In this document: one piece after another, positions 9,031 through 24,497 of the stretch
How positions within the stretch are numbered: position 1 is the stretch's first letter
Layout of the letters: the number at the start of each line of letters is the position of its first letter
DNA from: Bryobacterales bacterium
Lineage (GTDB): Bacteria; Acidobacteriota; Terriglobia; Bryobacterales; UBA6623
Reading direction: 5' to 3'
Length of the DNA stretch: 64,000 nt
Assembly (NCBI GenBank): GCA_963422375.2
Contig: OY729428.2
Span: 1,312,001-1,376,000, forward strand
Made by a program: the position numbers and the translations under genes
Notes under the pieces: generated by a model
The model's input: the letters and a program-made list of their open reading frames with translations, nothing else
Told to the model about the DNA's origin: nothing
Databases searched by the model: none

Positions 9031-12000
9031 AGCGATCCGCGCGGGCGGCGTCCTGCTGAGCATCCGCGCCGACGTCGCCCAGTTCTCGGGGTCGATGCGC
9101 CGGATGGGCAACGACATCCGGCGCCAGGAACGGGCCATGCGCGGCCTGCGCCGGACGGTGCAGCGCGCGGCGCGGCAGATGCAGTCGTTCCGCCGGAAGG
9201 TGATCTCGGTGCAGGCCGCGGTCGGCGTGGTTTCCGGAGCCGCCGGGCTGGGACTGATGATCCGGCGCTCGGCCGAGCTCGGCTCGACGCTGGTCGAGAC
9301 GAGCCAGCGCCTGGGGCTGACGGTCCGCGACCTGCAGGCCCTGCAGCGCGCCTTCGAGAGCGAGGGCGTGTCCGTGCAGGCCGTCAACACCGGCCTGCAG
9401 CGCTTCACGCGGCGGCTGGCGGACGCGGCGAACGGGCAGGGCCAGCTGCAGGAGGCCTTCCGGGCCCTGGAAGCGCCGCTGCGGGACGCGAACGGCCGGC
9501 TGCGCGATTCCCACGACGTGCTGCTCGACGTCGCGGAGGGCTTCAAGAACACGGGCGACCAGCAGGAGCGCGTGCGCCTGGCCCAGAAGCTGTTCGACAG
9601 CGAGGGCGTGGCCTTCGTCAACGTCCTGCAGCGGGGCCGGGAGGGGCTGCTCGAGCTGGAGAAGGGCTTCGAGCGGCTGGGCTTCGTCGAATCCCGGGAG
9701 GCGGCGGCGCGGCTCAAGGCTCTCGGACAGAGCTTCGCGGACCTCGACCACGCCGTGCGCGCGGGCGCGGCCCGGGCCGTGGCCGCGGCGGCCGTCGACC
9801 TGGCCTCCCTCAACGAGCGGGCCGGGGAGCTCGCGGCGACCCTCGCCGGGCGCGCGATCGCGGCCGTGGCGCACCTCGCGCGGAACCTGGACGCCGCCAA
9901 GCAAGCCGCGATCGCCTTCGGCCTGGCTCTCGGCGCCATGAAGATCGGCGCGTGGGTCGGCACCGTCCGGGCGGCGATCGCGGCCTCCGCGGGCCTCGCC
10001 GCCGCGTTGCGCGGCCTGAATATCGCCGTCGCCGCGTTCGGGGGGCCGGCGGGCTGGATCGTCGCGGCCGTCGGAGCGCTGGGCTACTACTTCCTGTCCG
10101 CCAAGGACTCCCGGAACGAGACCGACGAGCTCGTCGCGTCGATCCGCGAGGCGGAGATCGTGCTCGCGGGAATGGACGCCTCGGCGCGGAAGCTCGGGCT
10201 CGAGAGAGAGCTCGAGAAGGCCGCCGAGCACGCCGCCGAGCTCGCCCGCGAGATCGCGGCTTCGCTGCAGAAGCACGACGAGCTCATGGAGGCCATGAAA
10301 GCGGGAGCGCGAGGGACCGTGTATTTCGTGGGCCGGGAGGGCAGGATACGCGCAGGCCTCGAGGCGGATGCCGCGCGGACGGCAGAGGAAATCGAGCGGC
10401 TGCAAGCCGAGCTCGCCGCAGCGAACGGGGAGACCCGGAACGCTCGCGGCGGCGGCGGCGATGAGATCCTGCCGCGCGTCCCGCACGTCCCGGAGGACTA
10501 CTTCGCGCGGTACGCGGACGCCGCCGAGCGGAGAATCCGGCTTGCCAGGCAGGAGCTCGCACTGGTCGGCAAGACCGGGGAGGATCTCCTGCAGCTGCAG
10601 GCGCGGCACGCGGTCGTCAACCGGCTGCTCGACGAGCGGGCGCAGCTGGAGCGGAGGCGCGAGAGGGCGGCGGCCGAGTTCCGGGCGGCGGCCGAGGCGG
10701 GCGACCAGCGGGCGCTCGCGGCGGAGCGGGAGAAGATCGCGGAACTCGATCGCGAGATCGCGGCGATCGCCAAGGCCGAGGAGGGCAAGGAATCGCTCGT
10801 GGCCCTGGAGCGCGAGGCCCTGGAGACCGCGGAGCAGGCTCGCGACGCGGCCAAGGAGCACGCCGCGGCCAACGAGCGCGCGACGGAGGCTGCCGAGGCC
10901 CAGGTCCGGGCGCTCGAGACGGCCAGCGCGGCCAGGGCCGATGGCCGGAGGGAGCATCTCAAGCTGGTCGCGGCCGAGGACCGCGAACTGCGGAGTCGCG
11001 AGGAGAGCGCCCGCGCGACGATCGCGAGGAGCGCGGCCGGCGGGGATGCGGAATCCGAGGGAGAGGCCGCGGCCCGCAGATCGTTCGAGGACCAACTGCG
11101 CGGGCTGGAGGCCCGAAGGGTAGGTCTGGACATCGACCTCGGCGGCGCCGCCGACGGCGACGCGGTCGCTGAGATCGACGCGCAATTGGCGGGCGTCGAG
11201 GTCCGGATCGAGGAGCTCCGCAATCGAGACCTCGGGCCGCTCGCGGCCCGCCTGGACAGAGTGGCCGGCATGGAGCGCCTGGCCGGGACGATCGAAGAGA
11301 ACTCGGTCGCGGCCGCGGCGCAGGATGCCGAGGCCCGGATCGCCGCGCTGAGCGAGGCCAACGCCGCGGCGTTCGAGGCGGCGATCCGGCGGGGCGCGGA
11401 TCCGGAGCGGCTCGCGCTGGCCCTCGGAGAGTACGCGTCCGAGGGGTCGCAGCGCTTCCGGGCGGCCTCCGACGAGGCCTTCGAGGGCCTCAAGCGAGAC
11501 CTCGCCGCCAAGCGGCACGCGCTGCTCGCGGCGGCCGAGGAGTTCCGGCGCCGGGCCCGGGCGGCCGCAGGCGACGAGCGGCGGAACCAGCTCTTCGAGA
11601 ACGCCGCTGCCGCCGCGGCCGCCGCGGAGAATCTCCGGACGCAGCTCGGCGACGCGCCCGGGCTGCGGGCCGCGAATCGGGATCGGATCGAGCGGGAGGC
11701 GCGCGAGAGGCTGGTCGACGAGCGCTTCCGCCGCCGCCAGGCGATCCAGAGGGATCTGCTGGCGCTGTCCGAGTCGATGTCCCGGACGCTCTCCGACGGG
11801 CTGGCCCGGGCCGTCGAGCAGGGCGGCAAGCTGAAGGACCACTTCAAGGAGATCGGCCGGACGCTGCTGAACATGGCGCTCCGGAAGCTGGTCATCGACA
11901 AGGCGACGAGCGCGCTCTCCGGGGCCCTGTCGGGGCTGTTCGGCGGCGGGGGCGGCGGGGCGGCGCCCGGCAAGGCCGGCGGCGGCCCCGTCGAGGCCGG

Positions 12001-12280
12001 GCGGATCTACCGCGTCGGCGAGAGCGGCGTGGAGCTGTTCCGGCCGGCGGCGGCCGGTTCCATCGTGCCGAACCACCGCCTGCGGCCGCTCGCCGGCGGG
12101 AGCGAGGCGCCCGCGGTCACGCTCAACATCCGCGTCGAGTCCACGGACGGCCCCGGCGTGGAGGCGGCGATCCGGCGCCTGCGGCCGCTGCTGGCGTCCG
12201 ACGCGGCCGAGCTCGCGAAGGGCGCGGTGAGAACGGACCTGGCGCGGGCGTCGGGGCTCAGAGGGACGCTGCGTGCCTGA
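9023..12280 (+). CDS. Tape measure protein (1085 aa)
   Basis: Ala-rich helical; LLSIRADVAQF start; C-terminal AGGGPVEAGRIYRVGESGVELF. Confidence 0.92.
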   Translation: MAEAIRAGGVLLSIRADVAQFSGSMRRMGNDIRRQERAMRGLRRTVQRAARQMQSFRRKVISVQAAVGVVSGAAGLGLMIRRSAELGSTLVETSQRLGLTVRDLQALQRAFESEGVSVQAVNTGLQRFTRRLADAANGQGQLQEAFRALEAPLRDANGRLRDSHDVLLDVAEGFKNTGDQQERVRLAQKLFDSEGVAFVNVLQRGREGLLELEKGFERLGFVESREAAARLKALGQSFADLDHAVRAGAARAVAAAAVDLASLNERAGELAATLAGRAIAAVAHLARNLDAAKQAAIAFGLALGAMKIGAWVGTVRAAIAASAGLAAALRGLNIAVAAFGGPAGWIVAAVGALGYYFLSAKDSRNETDELVASIREAEIVLAGMDASARKLGLERELEKAAEHAAELAREIAASLQKHDELMEAMKAGARGTVYFVGREGRIRAGLEADAARTAEEIERLQAELAAANGETRNARGGGGDEILPRVPHVPEDYFARYADAAERRIRLARQELALVGKTGEDLLQLQARHAVVNRLLDERAQLERRRERAAAEFRAAAEAGDQRALAAEREKIAELDREIAAIAKAEEGKESLVALEREALETAEQARDAAKEHAAANERATEAAEAQVRALETASAARADGRREHLKLVAAEDRELRSREESARATIARSAAGGDAESEGEAAARRSFEDQLRGLEARRVGLDIDLGGAADGDAVAEIDAQLAGVEVRIEELRNRDLGPLAARLDRVAGMERLAGTIEENSVAAAAQDAEARIAALSEANAAAFEAAIRRGADPERLALALGEYASEGSQRFRAASDEAFEGLKRDLAAKRHALLAAAEEFRRRARAAAGDERRNQLFENAAAAAAAAENLRTQLGDAPGLRAANRDRIEREARERLVDERFRRRQAIQRDLLALSESMSRTLSDGLARAVEQGGKLKDHFKEIGRTLLNMALRKLVIDKATSALSGALSGLFGGGGGGAAPGKAGGGPVEAGRIYRVGESGVELFRPAAAGSIVPNHRLRPLAGGSEAPAVTLNIRVESTDGPGVEAAIRRLRPLLASDAAELAKGAVRTDLARASGLRGTLRA

Positions 12281-12920
12281 GGTCCAGCATGCAGACGCGC
12301 GCCAGCATACCGAGGTACTCTCGCGCCCGGGCGGTCACCGGGACGGCCGGGGAGAGGCGAAGGCTGGCGTCCTCGTGAAAGATCCGGAAGCTGAATTCCT
12401 CGGAGGAGTGGATCCTGGCGAGCGCCCGCGCCGCGTCGATGCCGTAGAGCACGCCATGGCGCGGGCTGGGGCCGAGCGTGCCGAAGAAATGCAGCGTCTC
12501 GCGCGAGTCCTCGCCCCGCTTCCGGAAGACGAGCTGCAGCCTCGCGCCGGGTCGACTGAATCCCAGCGGCTCTTGCGGATCCGAGGCGAGACGCCGCGAC
12601 TCGGCGACCGCCTCTGCGCCGCTTGCTGCCGGCCCGTTGGAAAAGGTAATCGACAGGCTTGTGAATGCCTGGCTTATCAATACCCGGAGGGGAGTCGTGG
12701 CCGGCTTGGCGCAGGTAAACCTGACGCTAAACCTGGACTCGTGTCTATCGTCGACGGTCACGTGGGCGGCACGGCCCTTGCCCTTCTCCACGACCGGGGC
12801 CCAGTCCACGAGCCGGTCGGGATCCAGCCGGCCGTACGGCTCGTGCTGGGCCGCGGCGAGCGCCGCCGCGAGGAACGCGAGGAAGAGGAGGGCGGGGATG
12901 CGAGCGAAAGGGCCGGTCAC
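12258..12920 (-). CDS. Secreted hypothetical protein (moron-like, opposite strand)
   Basis: Signal peptide ALLFLAFLAAALAAA-Q; more AT-rich than flanks. Confidence 0.65.
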   Translation of the reverse strand: MTGPFARIPALLFLAFLAAALAAAQHEPYGRLDPDRLVDWAPVVEKGKGRAAHVTVDDRHESRFSVRFTCAKPATTPLRVLISQAFTSLSITFSNGPAASGAEAVAESRRLASDPQEPLGFSRPGARLQLVFRKRGEDSRETLHFFGTLGPSPRHGVLYGIDAARALARIHSSEEFSFRIFHEDASLRLSPAVPVTARAREYLGMLARVCMLDLRHAASL

Positions 12921-12991
12921 GCGGTGCGAGGCGCCTCCGGGGCGCCGGACCCAGTGTACCGCGGGGGCGACGGGGGCGACGGGGGCGATTC

Positions 12992-13579
12992 GTGGCGCTG
13001 ATCCCGTTCCCGGCGGGCGTGCCGGTGACGCGCTCGGACCTGGCCCTGGGGCATCCCGGCCAGATCGTGCTGCGCTCGCCCTACGGCGGCGGGACGCAGG
13101 TGCTCGGGCGCGGTCCCGGCATCTGGTCCGGACGGCTCGAGATCGGCCCGGCCGACCGCGCCTCGGTCGCGGACCGGCGCGCGGTCGAGGCCTTCCTGGC
13201 GCGGCTGCGGGGGGCCGGGAACACGTTCGAGGCGCCGTTGCACCGCCCCAGCGGCGGCTCGCTCGTCGCCGGGGCCGAGCTGTCGGTGCAGGCGGCGGGG
13301 ATCTACGCGGGCGGCCTGCGCGTGTGGGCGGACGGCTCCTCCGAGGGCCTCGTCGCGGGCGACTACGTGCGCATCGGCGAGCGCCTGTACCAGCTGGTCT
13401 CGGACCTGCGGGGCGGCCGCTGCGAGCTGGAGCCGCCGGCGACGCCCTCCGCGGGGCGGGGCATCGCCTGGGAGGGCGTCACCTGCCTGGCGCGCCGGAC
13501 CGGGCCCGAGCGCGAGCCGTGGAGGCTGGATCCCGACTTCGCCGGGCCGTGGGCGATCGAATGGGAGGAGGCGGCGTGA
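12992..13579 (+). CDS. Putative distal tail protein
   Basis: SPYGGGTQV..W, EAFLARLRG motif; position after tape measure. Confidence 0.6.
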   Translation: MALIPFPAGVPVTRSDLALGHPGQIVLRSPYGGGTQVLGRGPGIWSGRLEIGPADRASVADRRAVEAFLARLRGAGNTFEAPLHRPSGGSLVAGAELSVQAAGIYAGGLRVWADGSSEGLVAGDYVRIGERLYQLVSDLRGGRCELEPPATPSAGRGIAWEGVTCLARRTGPEREPWRLDPDFAGPWAIEWEEAA

Positions 13580-14169
13580 CGGCTGAAGCCCCCTGGGTGC
13601 AGAACCTCGTCGAGCTGGCCTACCCCGGGGGCGCGACGCGGCTGTGGACGGGCCGCGGCGAGCTGAGCTTCGCCCCGGACGACGGCGACGCCGGCGGCGA
13701 CGCCCGCAAGGTAGCCTGGACCGGCGGGGCGGCCCTCGGCATCGGCGAGCACGAGCGCGTGTCGGGCCGCCCCGAGCGCCGCATGAGCCTCGCGCTCTCG
13801 GGCGTGCCGCGCGAGCGGCGGGCCCGGTTCATGCAGGATCCCGGCCCGATCGAGGTGACCGTGCGCTGGGTGTACAGCCCCGACCTCGGCGAGAGCTGGC
13901 ACGAGGTGCCCGGGGCGCGGTACCGGGGCCGCCTGTCGGGCGGGTCGCTGCAGGACGGGACGCTCGCGGTCGAGCTGGAGACCCTGCTCGGCGACGTGGA
14001 GCGGGGCCGGCCGCGGCGCTGGTCGCACGAGGACCAGCAGCGGCGCTCCCCGGCCCGCGAGGTCGCGGCCGGGGACGGGGGCGCGAAGCGGACCGTGCCG
14101 GCCGACCTGGGCCTCGAGCACATGCGGGCGCTGGCCCGCCAGGGAGTGGAGACGGCGTGGCCGCCCTAG
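13576..14169 (+). CDS. Tail tip/baseplate hub protein (DUF2163-like)
   Basis: LVEL..RLWTGRGEL...RRWSHEDQQRR...DLGLEH...W. Confidence 0.65.
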   Translation: MTAEAPWVQNLVELAYPGGATRLWTGRGELSFAPDDGDAGGDARKVAWTGGAALGIGEHERVSGRPERRMSLALSGVPRERRARFMQDPGPIEVTVRWVYSPDLGESWHEVPGARYRGRLSGGSLQDGTLAVELETLLGDVERGRPRRWSHEDQQRRSPAREVAAGDGGAKRTVPADLGLEHMRALARQGVETAWPP

Positions 14170-14624
14170 CCGGCCCAGCCGGGCGCGAGCGGGCGCGGCG
14201 GGTCCGCGACGCCCTCGAGTCCGAGGGCCTCGGGCCGTCCGCCTGGCGCGAGCGCGACTGCGTGACGCTGCTGCGAGCGGTCGTGCGGGCCCTGTCGGGC
14301 CGCGAGCCCTCGCTGGCCCTGCCGGCCTGGACCGACGGCCTCGGCGAGCGCGAGGCGATCCTGCGAGCTCCCCGCGAGCACGGCTCGCTGCGGGACGGCT
14401 GGGCCGCGGTGCTGGACGCCGAGCCGCTGCTGCGGCGCGTCCCGCGGGGATGCCTGCCGCGGCCGGGCATGATCGCCCTGGCGGCGGTCGTCCTCGGCCC
14501 CGGGGGCGAGCGCCTGGCGGGCGCCTCGCCGGGCGTGATCGGCCCGGGCTGCGAGTGCTGGGTCCGGACGCCGCGGGGCATCGAGCGGGCGCACCCGGTC
14601 ACGGACCTGTGGGAGGTCCGCTGA
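14157..14624 (+). CDS. NlpC/P60-like tail protein
   Basis: [10 protein letters not shown] matches W..DC motif; position before host-specificity gene. Confidence 0.5.
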   Translation: MAALAGPAGRERARRVRDALESEGLGPSAWRERDCVTLLRAVVRALSGREPSLALPAWTDGLGEREAILRAPREHGSLRDGWAAVLDAEPLLRRVPRGCLPRPGMIALAAVVLGPGGERLAGASPGVIGPGCECWVRTPRGIERAHPVTDLWEVR

Positions 14625-14625
14625 G

Positions 14626-19740
<5,115 letters not shown>

Positions 19741-19747
19741 GAGCGAC

Positions 19748-21676
19748 ATGGATCCCGCCTACGTCATCAACGCCTTTCCCGAGCGGCGCGAGGCCGTCGC
19801 GTTCGAGCTCGAGCGCCACGGCGGCGCGGACCCGGCCGCGATCCGCTGGATCGGCGCCCCGCGCGGCAGCGCGGCCCGCGGCGAGCCGCTGTTCGCCTGG
19901 CCCCGCTGGCGCGAGGAGCGGACCGGGGCCCTGCTGACGTGGGGCGAGCTGGCCTGCTTCGCGGGGCACCTCGAGGCCTGGCGGCGCATCGCCGCCGGCG
20001 ACGCGGGCGGGGGCTTCGTCTTCGAGGACGACGCCGCGCTGACGGCCCGCCTGGACGGGCTGCCGGCGGAGGCCTTCGCCGGCGCCGGCCTGGTGTACCT
20101 GCACTCGCAGTGGCGCTGCGAGCCCGAGCCGGGCCCGGGCCCCTGGTGCGCGGCGCCGTACACGTGGACGCTGACGGCCTACTGGCTCTCGCGGGAGGCC
20201 GCGGCCGGGCTGGCCGCGGCGGTCGATCCGGACCGGATCGTGCCGGCGGACGAGTACGTGCCGTGGCACTGCGGGACGTGGGACCCGGCCTTCAACCCGC
20301 GCGTGCGCGGCGAGCTGGGGCAGCAGCCGCCGGCGGGGATCGCGGCCCGCTGCCTGCGGGAGCGGCCGGCCGGGCCGTCCGGGCGCTGGGAATCGTCCAC
20401 CGCGGCCGGCCTCTCCCCGCCGGCCTTCGACTTCGAGACGGTCGTCTTCGCCACCGAGCCGGCCCGGGCCGGGGAGGCGCTGGGGGCCCTGCGCGACCTC
20501 GGCTACCGCCCGCGGGTCCTCGGCGCGGGCGAGCCGGGCTGGGACGCCTCGGCGGAGGGCGGCATGCCCAAGCTGCGCTGGCTGCGGGAGGACCTCGCGG
20601 GATCCGACCCGCGGCGGCGCGTCGTGCTGGCGCTGGACGGCTACGACACGCTGCCGCTGGTCCCGGCCGCGGAGTTCTGGGCGCGCTTCGCCGGCATGGA
20701 CTGCCCGGCGGCGATCTCCGGGGAGCGCGGGCTGTGGCCCCCGCGCAACGAGTGGGTGCCCGACCCGGAGCGCGCCTGGCAGGCGTACTGGGAGGACTGG
20801 CCGTGGCGCCGCGAGGGCGTCGCCGAGCGCTACCGGCACGCGTGCAGCGGCGCCTTCGCCGGGCACGCCGAGACGCTGGACTGGGTGCTGCAGGGCCTGC
20901 CGCCCGACGGCGACGACCAGGCCTGGATGCAGGCCGCCGTGCTGGCCAACCCGCGCGCCTGGCGGGTCGACTCGGAGGCCTGGCTGTTCCAGTCGCTGGG
21001 CGGCGAGGAGGGCGCCGTCGAGCGGCGCGACGGCGCGGCCTTCAACGCGGCCACCGGCTGCTACCCGGCGATCCTGCACGCCAACGGCCCGCAGGCCTCG
21101 CTGGACCCGTTCCTGCCGGGCCCGCCGCCGGCGGCGCTCGAGCTGGACCCGGACGCCGGGCGCTGGCTGGAGCTGGCGCCGGGCGTCCTGGGCATGCCGT
21201 TCCTGTCGCGCGCGGCCTGCGCCGGGCTGCTCGAGAGAGCGGAGGCCAGCGACGCCTGGCAGCCGCTGGAGGGGGACGCCGTGCCGGGCGACGAGCTGCG
21301 CCTGCGCGCGCTGGACCCGGCGCTGCGGGCGTGGCTGGACGAGACCCTGCGCGCGGTCGTCGGTCCGGCGGTCGCGGCGCGCTGGCATCCCGCCGCCTGG
21401 AAGGACCCCTGCGACGCCTTCCTGATCCGCTACCGCCCGGACCGCCAGCCGTCGCTGCGGCTGCACGAGGACATCAGCTACCTGTCCTGCTCGATCCGCC
21501 TGCGGCGGGCCTGCGCGGGCGGGCAGCTGCGCTTCCCGCGCCAGAATTTCGACGACGGCGCGGCGGACGACGGCTGGCTGCTGCTGTGGCCGTCGCGGAT
21601 CACGCACCCGCACCGCGTGCTGCCGGTGCGGCGGGGGACGCGCGCCAGCCTGGTGGTGTGGACCCCGGAGAGCTGA
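19748..21676 (+). CDS. Putative trifunctional collagen-modifying enzyme: GT25 + PLOD-type glycosyltransferase + lysyl hydroxylase-like 2OG-Fe(II) dioxygenase
   Basis: [58 protein letters not shown]...THPH...GTR. Confidence 0.88.
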   Translation: MDPAYVINAFPERREAVAFELERHGGADPAAIRWIGAPRGSAARGEPLFAWPRWREERTGALLTWGELACFAGHLEAWRRIAAGDAGGGFVFEDDAALTARLDGLPAEAFAGAGLVYLHSQWRCEPEPGPGPWCAAPYTWTLTAYWLSREAAAGLAAAVDPDRIVPADEYVPWHCGTWDPAFNPRVRGELGQQPPAGIAARCLRERPAGPSGRWESSTAAGLSPPAFDFETVVFATEPARAGEALGALRDLGYRPRVLGAGEPGWDASAEGGMPKLRWLREDLAGSDPRRRVVLALDGYDTLPLVPAAEFWARFAGMDCPAAISGERGLWPPRNEWVPDPERAWQAYWEDWPWRREGVAERYRHACSGAFAGHAETLDWVLQGLPPDGDDQAWMQAAVLANPRAWRVDSEAWLFQSLGGEEGAVERRDGAAFNAATGCYPAILHANGPQASLDPFLPGPPPAALELDPDAGRWLELAPGVLGMPFLSRAACAGLLERAEASDAWQPLEGDAVPGDELRLRALDPALRAWLDETLRAVVGPAVAARWHPAAWKDPCDAFLIRYRPDRQPSLRLHEDISYLSCSIRLRRACAGGQLRFPRQNFDDGAADDGWLLLWPSRITHPHRVLPVRRGTRASLVVWTPES

Positions 21677-21691
21677 GCGGGGAGCCGAGCG

Positions 21692-22534
21692 GTGCCCGCG
21701 TTTATCCGCTGGCGCGTCGAGGCCGCCGGGGGGACCGACTTCGGCGCGCCCCAGCCCGTGCTGGCGGGCCTGCCGGGCGGCCCCGGACAGCCCGGGCCCA
21801 AGGGCCTGCCCGGCCGGGCCGGACCGCCCGGAGCCCCCGGGCCGACCGGAGTCCCCGGGCGGGCGGGGCCGGCCGGGCTCCCCGGCCTCGAGGGGTTCCC
21901 GGGGCTGCCCGGCGCCGAGGGCGCCGGGGGCTCCCGGGGGGCCCGGGGGCTCCGGGGCCTGGACGGCGCGCCGGGCGCGAAGGGGGTTCCCGGCCGCCGG
22001 GGGGCGCCCGGAGCGCAGGGCGCGCGGGGGGATCCGGGGGGCCCGGGGGCGCAGGGGCGGCAGGGCTCTCCCGGCGCCCGGGGCCCGGCCGGCGCGCGCG
22101 CCGCGCGAGGCGAGGCCGGCAGGGGCGGCGCGGGCGGAGACCCCGGCGCGGGCGGAGACCCCGGCGCCCGGGGCGCCGGCGGCACCCCCGGAGACCGCGG
22201 CAGTCCCGGCTCCCGGGGAGACAGGGGCTCCCTGGGCGACAGGGGCCCCCCGGGCGCCGGAGGAGACGCCGGCGCCCCCGGAGACCGCGGCAGTCCCGGC
22301 TCCGGGGGAGACGCCGGCGCCGCCGGAGGCATCGGTATCACCGGCTCGGACGGGGCCGGCGGGGCCGGCGGCGAGCCCGGGGGCGCCGGAGACCAGCCCA
22401 GCGGGCCGGACGGATGGTCCGGGCCGGCCGGACCGCCGGGAGACCCGGGCGGGAACGTCTACCTGCAGGCTTACGACGACGGGTACGGCGAGGGCTACTT
22501 CGACGGCGAGGACGACTGCTACTCCGAGCAGTGA
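21692..22534 (+). CDS. Collagen-like protein A
   Basis: Long Gly-X-Y tract; short N- and C-terminal caps. Confidence 0.9.
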   Translation: MPAFIRWRVEAAGGTDFGAPQPVLAGLPGGPGQPGPKGLPGRAGPPGAPGPTGVPGRAGPAGLPGLEGFPGLPGAEGAGGSRGARGLRGLDGAPGAKGVPGRRGAPGAQGARGDPGGPGAQGRQGSPGARGPAGARAARGEAGRGGAGGDPGAGGDPGARGAGGTPGDRGSPGSRGDRGSLGDRGPPGAGGDAGAPGDRGSPGSGGDAGAAGGIGITGSDGAGGAGGEPGGAGDQPSGPDGWSGPAGPPGDPGGNVYLQAYDDGYGEGYFDGEDDCYSEQ

Positions 22535-22542
22535 CGCGAGCG

Positions 22543-23409
22543 ATGCCGACGACGACGTGGACGACGGAGGCCGCCGCCGTCGAGCGGGACGACCTGCGCG
22601 CGCGGGACTTCGGCCCGGCGCGAGCGGACTCCGCGCTGCACCCGCCCGGGCCGCCCGGGCCGCGCGGGGAGACGGGCCCGCCGGGGCCCCGGGGCCCGGA
22701 CGGGCCTGCCGGGCGCCCGGGGCCGCCCGGGCCGCGCGGGGAGACGGGCCCGCCCGGCGCGTTCGCCCGCGCCGGCGCCCCGGGCGCTCCGGGCCCGGCC
22801 GGCCCCAAGGGCTCCGCGGGCCTGCCCGGACAGCCCGGAACCCCCGGCGCTCCGGGCGCCAAGGGCTGGCCCGGACGGCAGGGCCTGCCGGGAGCCGAGG
22901 GAGCCGGGGGCGCCAAGGGCCGCAAGGGCTACAGGGGCCCCGGGGGCCCCGGGGGCTCCAAGGGCTCCAGGGGCGCCAAGGGCGCCAAGGGCTACAGGGG
23001 CCCCGGGGGCCCCAAGGGCGTCGAGGGCCGGAAGGGCTCCGACGGCGCGCGGGGCGCCAAGGGATACAGGGGCGCCAAGGGGACCAAGGGGACCAAGGGC
23101 TCCAAGGGGACCAAGGGCCTCAGGTCCTTCCCCTTCCGCGGGCCCCGGGGCCCCAAGGGCTACAGGGGCAGCCCCGGCCCGGCCGGCGGGACCGGCCGCG
23201 GGGGCTACGCGGGCGCGCGGGGCCCGCGCGGGGCCCGCGGGCCGGCCGGCGAGCCGGGCCCGATCGGCCAGGTCTACCAGGAGCCGCTGCGCGGCGACCC
23301 CGGGCCGAAGGGGCGCAAGGGCGCCAAGGGCAGGCGCGGCCGGACGCTGGGCTACTCCTCCGGGTACGCGGCCGGGCATGCTGACGGATACGCGGATGCC
23401 GGCTGCTAG
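22543..23409 (+). CDS. Collagen-like protein B, Lys-rich (alternative GTG start 22531)
   Basis: 3' part of listed ORF 19939..23409; GPPGPRGET and GAK/GSK/GTK triplets. Confidence 0.9.
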   Translation: MPTTTWTTEAAAVERDDLRARDFGPARADSALHPPGPPGPRGETGPPGPRGPDGPAGRPGPPGPRGETGPPGAFARAGAPGAPGPAGPKGSAGLPGQPGTPGAPGAKGWPGRQGLPGAEGAGGAKGRKGYRGPGGPGGSKGSRGAKGAKGYRGPGGPKGVEGRKGSDGARGAKGYRGAKGTKGTKGSKGTKGLRSFPFRGPRGPKGYRGSPGPAGGTGRGGYAGARGPRGARGPAGEPGPIGQVYQEPLRGDPGPKGRKGAKGRRGRTLGYSSGYAAGHADGYADAGC

Positions 23410-24265
23410 CGGGGCGCTGTGGACGATCGTCGCGCGCGCCCCGGACGCCCGCTCCGTGCGGGCCGGGGGCTTCGGCGCGCCGCGGCTGTACGCCGGCCCC
23501 GTCGGCCCCGTCGGCGAGCGCGGACGCCCGGGACCGCCCGGCGGCGAGGGGCACCCCGGACCGCCCGGACCGCCCGGACCGCGGGGCCCGCGCGGGCCCC
23601 GCGGCCGGCAGCGGCGCGGCGAGCGCGGACGCCCCGGGGCCGTCGGCCAGCGGGGCGCGCCGGGCGACCCGGGACCGGCGGGCCGGGGCGGCGACCCCGC
23701 CCCCGACGGCGCGCAGGGCGACAGGGGCGCCCGGGGCCTGCCCGGGAGGCAGGGCGACCCCGGCCCCGGCGGCGCGCAGGGCGACAGGGGCGCCCGGGGC
23801 CTGCCCGGGAGGCAGGGCGACCCCGGCCTCGGCGGCGCGCAGGGCGACAGGGGCGCCAAGGGCGTCAAGGGCTCCAAGGGGCGCAAGGGCTACAGGGGCG
23901 TCAAGGGCGCCAAGGGCGCCAAGGGCGCCAAGGGCGCCAAGGGCGCCAAGGGCGCCAAGGGCTCCGACGGCGCGCGGGGCGCCAAGGGCCCCAAGGGGTA
24001 CAAGGGCGCCAAGGGGTACAAGGGCGCCAAGGGCGCCAAGGGCGCCAGGGGCCGGAAGGGCCCCAAGGGGTACAAGGGCGCCAAGGGGTACAAGGGGTAT
24101 AAGGGATACAAGGGGAGCAAGGGCGAGGCCGGCTACTATTCCGGCAGCCCGTTCAACCCCGAGGACTACCGGGGGGCGCCCGGGCCGCCCGGCTCCAAGG
24201 GCGCCAAGGGCGCTTCCGGAGGAGGACGCAACTATGGCCGGACGACGCTACCGCATGCTCGCTGA
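23396..24265 (+). CDS. Collagen-like protein C, Lys/Tyr-rich (alternative start 23378)
   Basis: Gly-X-Y tract with GAK/GYK runs. Confidence 0.9.
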   Translation: MPAASGALWTIVARAPDARSVRAGGFGAPRLYAGPVGPVGERGRPGPPGGEGHPGPPGPPGPRGPRGPRGRQRRGERGRPGAVGQRGAPGDPGPAGRGGDPAPDGAQGDRGARGLPGRQGDPGPGGAQGDRGARGLPGRQGDPGLGGAQGDRGAKGVKGSKGRKGYRGVKGAKGAKGAKGAKGAKGAKGSDGARGAKGPKGYKGAKGYKGAKGAKGARGRKGPKGYKGAKGYKGYKGYKGSKGEAGYYSGSPFNPEDYRGAPGPPGSKGAKGASGGGRNYGRTTLPHAR

Positions 24266-24497
24266 CGGCGACCCGGACAAGCTCTCGGCGGAGAGCTTCC
24301 GCGCTTTCGGCGAGCTGGCCGCGCGGCGCGGGAGGGCCCCCGTCACCCTCTGGGTGCTCGAGTCCGACGAGGAGCTCTCCGCCGAGGGCGCCCGCCCGCT
24401 GCGCCCGCTGCCGGACGGCACCTGGGAGGCTCCCGGCGGCCGCCGCTGGCGCCGCTTGACCGGGACCCCCGGCGGCGCGGAGGGCCCCCGCGCGTGA
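24234..24497 (+). CDS. Small hypothetical protein in collagen module
   Basis: RBS GGAGG; overlaps both neighbours. Confidence 0.6.
   Translation: MAGRRYRMLADGDPDKLSAESFRAFGELAARRGRAPVTLWVLESDEELSAEGARPLRPLPDGTWEAPGGRRWRRLTGTPGGAEGPRA

Noticed and set aside
8876..12076. 1066-aa minus-strand ORF
   Set aside because: Antisense shadow of the tape measure gene
19939..22530. First ~865 codons of the 1156-aa ORF
   Set aside because: Off-frame overlap with the PLOD-like gene and collagen A; only the 3' part is collagen B
21478..24120. Minus-strand collagen-looking ORFs
   Set aside because: Gly/Pro codon symmetry makes the antisense of collagen genes look collagen-like
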